From Candidatus Auribacterota bacterium (lineage in GTDB: Bacteria > Auribacterota > UBA6266), in NCBI GenBank assembly GCA_023136205.1, contig JAGLRQ010000042.1, positions 1 to 32,000 of the forward strand: 32,000 bases of DNA. The letters run 5' to 3'. A program made the translations under genes and the position numbers. The notes under the pieces were generated by a model. That model made no database searches and was not told where the DNA came from. It saw only the letters and a program-made list of their open reading frames with translations. Position 1 is the stretch's first letter; each line of letters starts with the position of its first letter. Positions 1 to 8,276 of the stretch are shown here, piece by piece.

Positions 1-606
1 AAAACAGTCATCATCGCCTCAGGTTCAAAACCAACCGCTCTTGGAATACCCGGAGAAAAGAAGTTCATGGGAAAAGGTGTTTCAACATGCAGCACCTGTG
101 ACGGAGCCCTTTTTAAAGATAAAAAGGTATTTGTAATAGGGGGCGGTGACACCGCCATAGATGAGAGCCTGTTTCTTACAAAATTCGTTTCATCCCTTAT
201 AGTTGTACACCGCAGGGATAAATTAAAAGCTTCTCCATATCTTTCAGAAAAAGCTTTTAAAAACAAAAAAATTTCTTTTATATGGAATACTATTCCCGTT
301 GAAATCAAAGGAACAGAAAAAATTGAAAAATTCGTATTGAAGAATAAGAAAACCGGAGAACTTTCCGAACATGCGGCCGATGGTATATTCGTATTCATCG
401 GACATAAACCGAATACCGTTTTTTTAAAAGATATTTTAAAGCTGGATGATACCGGACATATTATTGTAGATAAAGATATGAAAACAAGAATGGAGGGAAT
501 ATTCGCCGCCGGAGATGTTCGCAGCGGCTCAATGAAACAGATAAGCACGTCGGCAGGAGACGGTGTCTGCGCCGCACTCAGCGCGCAGAAATATTTAGAA
601 GCCTAA
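1..606 (+). CDS. trxB: Thioredoxin-disulfide reductase, C-terminal part (5' end lies outside the window)
   Basis: Frame 1 is open from base 1 (KTVIIASGSKPTALGIPGEKKF...), so the ATG at 67 is internal. It has the redox C-x-x-C (CSTCDG), the NADPH Rossmann motif VIGGGDTAIDE and the C-terminal FAAGDV FAD motif. Confidence 0.9.
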   Translation, partial: KTVIIASGSKPTALGIPGEKKFMGKGVSTCSTCDGALFKDKKVFVIGGGDTAIDESLFLTKFVSSLIVVHRRDKLKASPYLSEKAFKNKKISFIWNTIPVEIKGTEKIEKFVLKNKKTGELSEHAADGIFVFIGHKPNTVFLKDILKLDDTGHIIVDKDMKTRMEGIFAAGDVRSGSMKQISTSAGDGVCAALSAQKYLEA

Positions 607-619
607 ACAGGATAATCAC

Positions 620-2404
620 ATGATGAAATTCAGAAAAAGAAACATGGTTATTATAGTAATGTTTTCTTTTCTTATAATCACCATTATGCTGGCGTTCACT
701 TCTTATTCTTCTTCAAAAAGGCGAGCCCTTGACACCTATAGCCAACAGCTTCTCCTCCTGTCAAGCCAGATGGCTAACAGTATTCAACAGTTTGTTAACA
801 CCAGAGCAATGGCAGTAAACCTTATATCAAATGTAATTCATCCCGATAACAAATTAAACATAGCCGGCAACTTGAAATACCTCTATGATATTTACGGCGG
901 TTTTACAGTGGTAGTTTTCTGTGACCCGGAAGGGAAAATTACAGGGTGCTATCCTGATAAAGCATTCCCCGGCAATACATACATTAGAAACATCGCGGAA
1001 CCAGAGGTGGTTCGAAAAATACTTACAGCTCAAAAAAATAAAAAACTGGTAATAACCGATGGCTTGAGTATCCAACCCAGCCAATTCGCGCCGCTTATTA
1101 TCGCGCCGGCATTCAGCAAAAACAAAACAACTGCTCCCGTATTAGAAGGTACTATTATTGCCGTGATTTCCCTTGAAAAAATAAAAAGCGAATATATTAA
1201 TCAGGTAGCGCCTGGAAAATCGGGACATTCCTGGCTCTGGGACAGCAAAGGGGCAGAACTAGCGGGCGAATACAGTGCCAATAAAGGCATAAATTTCTTC
1301 GAGATTGAAAGAGGCCGCAATGATCCGTCCCTTACCTCTGCCATATCCAACATGAAAAACGGCATGCATGGGACAATGGAATACTGGTGGAAGGATCCGG
1401 ATAAAGATACTCTGATAAAAAAGATAGGAGCACACTGCCCCGTAGATATATGGGGATTAAAATGGACTGCTGGTGTCAGCACTTACCGGTCGGAAATAAC
1501 GCGCACGGTTCGAAAAAATTTCAGGCATACTCTTGGCATGATAGCTGCAACTATACTGGTTATAACCGGGGGGCTGAGTTGTGTCTTCTACATTGAAAGA
1601 CAGAGGATGGGAGCCGCTGAAAATGTAAGAATCATAAAAACCCTTGAAGAAAAAGTATCCGAAAGAACATCAAAACTGGAAAAACTCAATAAAGAACTCA
1701 CCATAATGAACGAGGTAAAAAATAATTTTCTTTCCATGGTATCGCATGAATTAAGGACACCGTTGACCACCATTCAGGGTTACTTAACTTTTATTTTAAG
1801 CGGAAAAGCGGGGAATGTTTCCGATGTTCAGGAGAAAAGTTTAAAAATCGCCGACTCTCAGGTTATGCGCCTGGACGAAATGATTTCAGAGCTTCTCGAT
1901 GTCACAAGAATTGAATCAGGGAGCATAAACCTTGAATACGAACTCGTCAATATGAAGGGGCTGGTTGATTCATGCATCGAATGGCTGGCTCCCATATACG
2001 GCAAAAAGGCAATAGCGGTTGAAAACAAAATGGAAGACAATGAAAAATCATTTGCCCAGGTTGACCGGAAAAAAATGAGCAGGGTATTTATCAACCTTAT
2101 TTCAAATGCCGTTAAGTTTACATCTAAAAACGGCAAAATAGAAGTTTCCAAGACAGAGGCCAAGGAATCTTTTATCTTTTGCGTAAGCGACAACGGCATC
2201 GGAATACCGGGATCACATATGGATAAAGTATTTGATAAGTTTTATCAGGTTGACAGCAGTACCACAAGAAAGTACAAGGGAAGCGGACTCGGCCTTCTAA
2301 TCGCGAAAGAGATTGTCGAGCTTCACGGCGGAAAAATATGGGCCGAGAGTGAAGAAGGCACAGGTTCTAAATTCTTCTTCACCGTTCCCAAACCCGTAAC
2401 GTAA
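620..2404 (+). CDS. Sensor histidine kinase with a large extracytoplasmic (Cache-like) domain
   Basis: An N-terminal TM segment is followed by ~270 aa between two TM segments and then a coiled coil. The H-box is SHELRTPL and the HATPase boxes are NLISNAVKFT, DNGIGIP and GSGLGL. No response regulator gene is adjacent. Confidence 0.85.
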   Translation: MMKFRKRNMVIIVMFSFLIITIMLAFTSYSSSKRRALDTYSQQLLLLSSQMANSIQQFVNTRAMAVNLISNVIHPDNKLNIAGNLKYLYDIYGGFTVVVFCDPEGKITGCYPDKAFPGNTYIRNIAEPEVVRKILTAQKNKKLVITDGLSIQPSQFAPLIIAPAFSKNKTTAPVLEGTIIAVISLEKIKSEYINQVAPGKSGHSWLWDSKGAELAGEYSANKGINFFEIERGRNDPSLTSAISNMKNGMHGTMEYWWKDPDKDTLIKKIGAHCPVDIWGLKWTAGVSTYRSEITRTVRKNFRHTLGMIAATILVITGGLSCVFYIERQRMGAAENVRIIKTLEEKVSERTSKLEKLNKELTIMNEVKNNFLSMVSHELRTPLTTIQGYLTFILSGKAGNVSDVQEKSLKIADSQVMRLDEMISELLDVTRIESGSINLEYELVNMKGLVDSCIEWLAPIYGKKAIAVENKMEDNEKSFAQVDRKKMSRVFINLISNAVKFTSKNGKIEVSKTEAKESFIFCVSDNGIGIPGSHMDKVFDKFYQVDSSTTRKYKGSGLGLLIAKEIVELHGGKIWAESEEGTGSKFFFTVPKPVT

Positions 2405-2412
2405 AATTGCAT

Positions 2413-2817
2413 TTAAGCCGAAAAAATTACAACAGACAGCACTATAAGCCCTATTGCCACTCCAACCGCGCAAAGAATACGAAAATATTTATCATCAAGC
2501 GGATCTATGTACTTTTCTATAACATGTCTGAACATCTGAAGGTACAGCATAACAAACCCGGCAAAAATCATAACCGAGCCTATCAGAAGAGCAACGACAT
2601 AAAGCCATGGAAGTTTACTGTAAAAAGCGGAAGCTACAATAAAATAAAATCCCACTACGGCAACACTTATACCCGCGATTTTTGAGGCAGAATCGGATAT
2701 GTTTTTAAAAGAAGCTATCAGTTTCCTTGCAATGGCCGGATTTACAAGCCCGATTCCTCTTGTTATAATAATGATTAAACCAACTGCTCCCAGAACAATC
2801 TTTAGCAAAGCTTCCAT
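2413..2817 (-). CDS. Small multi-pass membrane protein, unknown function
   Basis: The minus-strand ATG is preceded by GGAGGG (reverse complement of ccctcc at 2823-2828). The product is 134 aa with about four hydrophobic helices. The overlapping plus-strand ORF 2407-2685 has a non-protein-like composition. Confidence 0.6.
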   Translation of the reverse strand: MEALLKIVLGAVGLIIIITRGIGLVNPAIARKLIASFKNISDSASKIAGISVAVVGFYFIVASAFYSKLPWLYVVALLIGSVMIFAGFVMLYLQMFRHVIEKYIDPLDDKYFRILCAVGVAIGLIVLSVVIFSA

Positions 2818-2978
2818 TTGAACCCTCCTTTTACCAATTTAAATTGACATAAAACTAAAAATTATGTTTAATTATCAGGAAAACTTGAGATAATTATAGC
2901 TCAATTTTAAAAAATTAGAAATAATTTAATAAAAAAATATCAACCCTTAAGATTAAAACTTTATTATCGGAGGTAATC

Positions 2979-3539
2979 ATGCAAAACGATATTCAAATCC
3001 AGACAACCCTGGAAGAAAAAGTAACAAGCGCCCAGGACGAGCTTTCCAAGCTTAAATCAAAGCAGGACCAGCTTGAAAAAGAACAGTCCAAACTTCAAAA
3101 ACTTAAGGTTAAGCTCGATGCAATGGCTGATGGTAAATCAGAACTGCAGCCTTCTCTGAACAAGGCTGTACTTTCTCTTGAGAGGGCAATTGAATCAAAC
3201 AATAAGATGAATGAAGAACTCATCCTTCTGTGTGAAAAACTAAAAGAGGACCAGAAAAACATCTCTTCTATTGACGAACCTGAAATTGATTCTCCCGACA
3301 TTGAAAACAATCTTGATAAAGCGCTGATAATAATCGATGAGGCAAAGGCAGATTTTAAAAAAGCCATGTCCAGAATAGAAGCATTGTCAAAGGTAGCAGG
3401 AACAGAAATAGTTGAAAAATCCGGGGATATTCCACAGCCATCCAAAATTGCGCTTATGAAAATAGGTTTTTATGCCGGAGTTCCTGTAGCTATTCTGGCA
3501 CTGATCGTCGCCATTTTATACAGCATATTTTTGAAATAA
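2979..3539 (+). CDS. Coiled-coil protein with a C-terminal membrane anchor, unknown function
   Basis: A GGAGG Shine-Dalgarno sits 5 nt upstream. The sequence is E/K/L/Q-rich and heptad-like, and it ends in one hydrophobic helix (FYAGVPVAILALIVAILYSIFL). Confidence 0.6.
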   Translation: MQNDIQIQTTLEEKVTSAQDELSKLKSKQDQLEKEQSKLQKLKVKLDAMADGKSELQPSLNKAVLSLERAIESNNKMNEELILLCEKLKEDQKNISSIDEPEIDSPDIENNLDKALIIIDEAKADFKKAMSRIEALSKVAGTEIVEKSGDIPQPSKIALMKIGFYAGVPVAILALIVAILYSIFLK

Positions 3540-3575
3540 AAAAACCAAACAGCAAACACCAATGGAAAATTTACC

Positions 3576-3899
3576 ATGAAATTACCGTTTATGAAAAACA
3601 AGAACTCATACAAGAAGAAACTTCTGAACATCAGAAAAAAAATAAAAAGCGTTGAAAAAGAAATACAGGCCCTTACTTCTTATGACAGTTCGTCAAAAAG
3701 AGAAACATCATCACATAAAAGTGCTCCGGTAGAAAAAAATACGAATGACAGAAAAAGGTTCGCAAACTATCTCGGCGCGGGCAGTATTCAAACAGTTGGG
3801 ATGCATAAATATCACAGGCAGGATATAATAAATAAAAGTATATATATAGTGGCCGGCACCTTATTTGTTCTACTGTTAATCTGGCTCATATTCAGGTAG
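3576..3899 (+). CDS. Small basic protein with a C-terminal membrane anchor, unknown function
   Basis: The 107-aa ORF has a lysine-rich N-terminal half and a terminal hydrophobic helix (IYIVAGTLFVLLLIWLIF). The Shine-Dalgarno is weak. Confidence 0.45.
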   Translation: MKLPFMKNKNSYKKKLLNIRKKIKSVEKEIQALTSYDSSSKRETSSHKSAPVEKNTNDRKRFANYLGAGSIQTVGMHKYHRQDIINKSIYIVAGTLFVLLLIWLIFR

Positions 3900-3921
3900 C
3901 ATCGCGAAATGACATAACTCA

Positions 3922-4419
3922 ATGTACCTTAAAGGAAAAACTCCAAAAGTTATCTACAGTCCAGTTGCAACTCCATTCGGAATATTCACATTATGTCACA
4001 ATGAGAAAGAAGTTCTTGAATTTTGTTTCCCTGAAAAGTTCAGAATACCTATAAATCTAAAAAGAACGCGTTTTTCTAATAGAATCGAATCACGGCTGAA
4101 AAGTATGTTTCTTCACGGAAAGCCTCTGCCGAGAATACCTGTTAAATTAGAGGGAAGCGCCTTTGAGTTAAAGGTTTTAAAAGAAATCCGCAAAATACCA
4201 CATGGAAAAACAAAAACATACTCTGATATATCAACAAGGACAAACTTTCCGAAAAGCGCGCGGGCAGTCGGGAATGTCTGCGGAAAAAACAGGATGCCGA
4301 TTTTTATACCCTGCCACAGGGTAGTCACTAAAAACGCAGGCATTGGAAATTACTCTTCCGGGAAAAAGTGGAAGAAACTATTACTGGATATTGAGAAAAA
4401 ACATGAAATGCCGGATTAA
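3922..4419 (+). CDS. ogt: Methylated-DNA--protein-cysteine methyltransferase
   Basis: The active-site motif IPCHRVV is present, with the upstream KTKTYSDIS...ARAVGNVCGKN helix-turn-helix region typical of the Ogt/Ada C-terminal domain. Confidence 0.85.
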   Translation: MYLKGKTPKVIYSPVATPFGIFTLCHNEKEVLEFCFPEKFRIPINLKRTRFSNRIESRLKSMFLHGKPLPRIPVKLEGSAFELKVLKEIRKIPHGKTKTYSDISTRTNFPKSARAVGNVCGKNRMPIFIPCHRVVTKNAGIGNYSSGKKWKKLLLDIEKKHEMPD

Positions 4420-7400
4420 ATACTTTTTTGCGTTTGTTTTAATGCTAATCTCCAACCTGTTGATTGCATCCGAAGATACCGATTTTCTTGAAGGGTTACA
4501 GTACTTCAGGTCATCGGAACCGGAAAAAGCAGCAACGGCTTTTTCGCGGAGCAACTCTCCCGGATCTCTTTACTACCGGCACCTGATTGCTCTGATGAAA
4601 GGAGAAGGAGAAAAGGCGCTGGCAATCGGAATGGAGTATTTAACCAGGTGCGGAGATGAGAACTCAGCTATTATGCCTTATATAACCACCAATGTGCTGA
4701 ACCTGTCGGACGATACGGCAAAAAGCGAAAAAACAACGGAGAAATTATTTTTAAGGTTCATTTCAAGAAACAATACCTTTCCATATCCGGCCATTAATTT
4801 CAGTCTCGGCAAGTTGCTTCTCAGGCAAGGGAAAATCAGTCAGGCAAAAAAGGCTTTTCACTCCCTGTTTCCGATCACAGACTGGTATATCATAGGGGGA
4901 TTTGATAATACGGCAGATTCGGGGTTTGACCGGAAATATCCACCCGAAAAAGAGATCGATCTTAATAAAAAATACATGGGGAAAGATTTTGATATCAAAT
5001 GGAGAAAATACCCCGTTAATTCAATCAGCGGAATAATCGACCTGCTGCAGGTTATAAGGCCGCAAAACTGGGCCGTTGCTTATGCTTTTACGGTTATAAA
5101 CTCAAAAGAAGAGATAGCCTGCTACATTTCCTGCGGAAGCGATGACGGAATTAAAGTCTGGCTAAACGGTGATCTGGTAATAAAAAACCAAAACGGCAGA
5201 GCCCTGGTTATCGATCAGGATTATGCCCCGGCAAAGATTAAAAAAGGCAGTAATCACATTCTTTTGAAGGTCGCGCAAAAAGGAGGGGATTGGAATTTCA
5301 TAATCCGGTTCATCAGCGAACAGGGGCTGCCCATAGAATTTTCACCGGCAGGCTCAGAAGAAATAACTACATACGGACTATCCGGCTCCGAAACCGCTTA
5401 TGAACCTCAAACCTGCCCTTTTTATGAAATACATTCTTTAGACGAGGAGGAGAAAACATTAAAACAGGCCATTATAAAACTGTATCTAAACGACAATAAA
5501 AGCGCGGCAAAAGATTTTGAAAATCTTATAAAAATAAACGCGGGCTGCTGGCTGTACCATCATTATCTGGGAGTGGCTTATGGGCGGGATTTAAAAGGGC
5601 CCAGGGCAATAATGTGTTTTAAAAAGGCGCTTTCCATATACCCGGGGTCTATAAAAACAATAGACGAGATAATAAAATATTACTATGATAAAGAGCTTTT
5701 TAAACCGGCAGAGACATATATCAAACAGTGTATACAATTAAAGCCCTCGTTTTATCCTGCCAAACTTTATAAAGCCCTGATTTACGCGGAAAGGCAGTGG
5801 TATGAAAAAGCCCTGGAAATCGTTAAAAAAATACATTCACAGCATCCTGAAAACCCATGGGTCATTTACTCTCTTTCCTGGCATAAAAAAAACATGGGCT
5901 ATAAAAAAGAAGCGGAGAAACACCTTAAAAAAGCACTGGGAAGGAACCGTATTTACAACGCGGCGGAGAAAGACCTTTTAAAATGTTACATAGAACAGCA
6001 GGATTACTCCAATGCTCTTAGGTTTATGGAAAAATCAGTAAGCCGGGAACTTACCCCGCTAAACACATATACTTCAATGTCATCGGTTTATATGATGAGG
6101 AAGCAATTTTCCAAAGCGAAAAAGATTTTGAAAGAAGCGCTTCAATTATGTCCCGATGATTCCAATATTTATTTTAATCTGGGAAGGATTGCTCTTCTTG
6201 AGAAAAACGAGAAAAAGACCTTTGAATACTGGGAAAAAGCGCTCGAATTAAGGCCTGACTATCTGTGGCTGAAAGATTATTTAAATGATTTAAAACCCCG
6301 GCAAAAAACCATCTTTGACAAATACGAAGAAACTGATATTTCCGCGCTCAGCCTTTTATCAAATAGCCCCGGACAGGAGGATTACCCCGAGGCTTCGGCA
6401 ATAGTCCTTCTCGATAAGTCAATTATTCAATTAAATGTTGACGGTTCAAACACCGAAAAAACACACCGGATTGTAAAAATCCTAAACGAAAAAGGCAGAA
6501 CCGCTTACAGCCAGGTTTCAATACCATATTCCACAAGTTTAAAATTAGAAAAAGCCGTTACCATAACTTCTGAGGGAGAAGAACATGAAGCTACGGAGAT
6601 AAAGGGCGGAAAAATATCCTTTCCTATGGTAAACGTCGGGGCAACCATAGAATACAAGTATTCGATAAACAGATATTCCGGGGGCTGGCTTGACCAACAC
6701 TATTATGAAACATGGATTTTCCAGGACTGGGTACCGGTTTTAAAAAGCAAATATATACTCGCGCTCCCGAAAGGAATGGATATAGTTACCTACCTCAGCA
6801 GTGACAAAATCAAACACACAGTAGAAAATTTCAACGGGTATGATGTAAACATATGGAAAACAAAAAACCTTCCGGAGATATACCATGAAACTGATTCTCC
6901 TCCAATCCAGGATCTTACCGCGAAGGTAATGGTGTCCACAATCCTGTCCTGGGACGAGCTCGCCAGATGGCAGAACAGTTTGATAGATGGCCAATTTGAC
7001 ATGGATGAAAAAATAAGAGAAACCGTAGAACAAATCATTTCCGGAACAAAAAACAGAAAAGAAATTATAAGAAGAATATATGAATACCTTGTTACAGAAA
7101 TAAGATACCTGTACACCGGAGAAGGTATTTTCGGCAAAAAACCGCATAACGCGATAAATATATTCGCGAACAGGTATGGGGACTGTAAAGACAAGGCAAC
7201 ACTTATGATAGCCATGTTGAAGGAATCGGGGATTAAATCTTATTACGCGGGCCTTCCTGTGAGGGGCACAGGGCAGGTAATAAAAAGTGTTCCATGCCCT
7301 CAGACAAACCATATAATTGTTTATATACCTGACTCCGACAAAAAAGGAACCCCCATGTTTGTTGACCCTACCAGCAGATATCTGCCATTTGACATTCTGC

Positions 7401-8182
7401 CGGCAGGGGACCAGGACGTTGACGCGTTAATTTTAAAAAGGCCCGGGTATGAATTTATACGAACACCTGTTGAACCGCCGGATAAATCCACAAAAACCCA
7501 TTCATTCGACATGAAAATCGATGAAAATGGAAATATGCTGTGCTCCTCAAAATTAACGGGGACAGGAGAATTCGCGTCTACATATAGAAACATGTTCAGG
7601 GCTCCCGGGAAAAGGGCTGAACTTCTTGAAAAATCCCTTAACTCTATTATCCGGGGCGCTCATCTAGTAGAACATGACTTTAAAAACTTTGAAAATATAC
7701 AGCCTCCCGTCAAAATAGAATGCGTATTTTCTGCCCCGAATTTTGCCAGGCAGTCAGGTAATGAGCTGAGAATTCCCTCCTTTAACAACTTTAAAATCGC
7801 GCAGACATTCGCGCTTAAATCGAAAAGGCACTATGCAATCTATATGGATGGCATGTACACCCGTAAATATGAAAACATTTACAGGGCACCTGACAGCTAC
7901 CAAACTTATGAGGTACCGGATGACATCAGTCTTGACTGCGGATATATGAGTTTTAGTTCAAAATACAACAGGGGAAAAGATTATGTAAAAAATACTAAAA
8001 TCCTGGTCATAAAAAGCCTGAAAATTCCCCGCGAAGACTATAAAAAGTTCCGAAATTTCTGCATTGAGGTTGACAGGGCCGAAGAAAGAGAAATATCTTT
8101 TAAAAAATCTCCCGTGAAAAATAATGTTGAAATTAATCCTGAAAAAGGTAAAGATACATCATTAGCGAATAGTGAATCGTGA
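4403..8182 (+). CDS. Large secreted TPR / PA14-like / transglutaminase-like protein
   Basis: I prefer the ATG at 4403 because it begins a signal-peptide-like sequence (MKCRIKYFFAFVLMLISNLLIASE). The protein has TPR-like repeats, a PA14-like stretch (GSDDGIKVWLNGDLVI...GSNHILLKVAQKGGDWNF) and a transglutaminase-like core (YGDCKDKATLMIAMLKESGI ... TNHIIVYIP ... FVDPT). Confidence 0.85.
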   Translation: MKCRIKYFFAFVLMLISNLLIASEDTDFLEGLQYFRSSEPEKAATAFSRSNSPGSLYYRHLIALMKGEGEKALAIGMEYLTRCGDENSAIMPYITTNVLNLSDDTAKSEKTTEKLFLRFISRNNTFPYPAINFSLGKLLLRQGKISQAKKAFHSLFPITDWYIIGGFDNTADSGFDRKYPPEKEIDLNKKYMGKDFDIKWRKYPVNSISGIIDLLQVIRPQNWAVAYAFTVINSKEEIACYISCGSDDGIKVWLNGDLVIKNQNGRALVIDQDYAPAKIKKGSNHILLKVAQKGGDWNFIIRFISEQGLPIEFSPAGSEEITTYGLSGSETAYEPQTCPFYEIHSLDEEEKTLKQAIIKLYLNDNKSAAKDFENLIKINAGCWLYHHYLGVAYGRDLKGPRAIMCFKKALSIYPGSIKTIDEIIKYYYDKELFKPAETYIKQCIQLKPSFYPAKLYKALIYAERQWYEKALEIVKKIHSQHPENPWVIYSLSWHKKNMGYKKEAEKHLKKALGRNRIYNAAEKDLLKCYIEQQDYSNALRFMEKSVSRELTPLNTYTSMSSVYMMRKQFSKAKKILKEALQLCPDDSNIYFNLGRIALLEKNEKKTFEYWEKALELRPDYLWLKDYLNDLKPRQKTIFDKYEETDISALSLLSNSPGQEDYPEASAIVLLDKSIIQLNVDGSNTEKTHRIVKILNEKGRTAYSQVSIPYSTSLKLEKAVTITSEGEEHEATEIKGGKISFPMVNVGATIEYKYSINRYSGGWLDQHYYETWIFQDWVPVLKSKYILALPKGMDIVTYLSSDKIKHTVENFNGYDVNIWKTKNLPEIYHETDSPPIQDLTAKVMVSTILSWDELARWQNSLIDGQFDMDEKIRETVEQIISGTKNRKEIIRRIYEYLVTEIRYLYTGEGIFGKKPHNAINIFANRYGDCKDKATLMIAMLKESGIKSYYAGLPVRGTGQVIKSVPCPQTNHIIVYIPDSDKKGTPMFVDPTSRYLPFDILPAGDQDVDALILKRPGYEFIRTPVEPPDKSTKTHSFDMKIDENGNMLCSSKLTGTGEFASTYRNMFRAPGKRAELLEKSLNSIIRGAHLVEHDFKNFENIQPPVKIECVFSAPNFARQSGNELRIPSFNNFKIAQTFALKSKRHYAIYMDGMYTRKYENIYRAPDSYQTYEVPDDISLDCGYMSFSSKYNRGKDYVKNTKILVIKSLKIPREDYKKFRNFCIEVDRAEEREISFKKSPVKNNVEINPEKGKDTSLANSES

Positions 8183-8210
8183 ATAGGAAATCGAAAAAAA
8201 CTATTCACGA
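8177..8210 (+). terminator. Hairpin overlapping the stop codon of the large protein gene (possible terminator)
   Basis: TCGTGAATAG (8177-8186) pairs perfectly with CTATTCACGA (8201-8210) across a 14-nt loop. No U-tract follows, so this is not a classical intrinsic terminator. Confidence 0.3.
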
Positions 8211-8276
8211 AATAGTGCGGAGCACAGCGTAGCCTCCCCTGAGGGGACAAAATACTAAATACAGCATATATAAATA

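Noticed and set aside
2407-2685. Plus-strand 92-aa ORF
   Set aside because: It overlaps the minus-strand membrane protein gene, which has a proper Shine-Dalgarno and TM helices. The plus-strand product is rich in K, N, Y and H and is not protein-like.
4343-4402. Longer N-terminal extensions offered by the ORF track (4343 for the TPR protein, 23756 for the lipoprotein, 25244 for the binding protein)
   Set aside because: Internal starts at 4403, 23798 (GTG) and 25328 each begin a signal peptide. The starts at 23798 and 25328 also follow a good Shine-Dalgarno. The extensions overlap the upstream genes (ogt, ktrA) or, for 25244, a predicted promoter.
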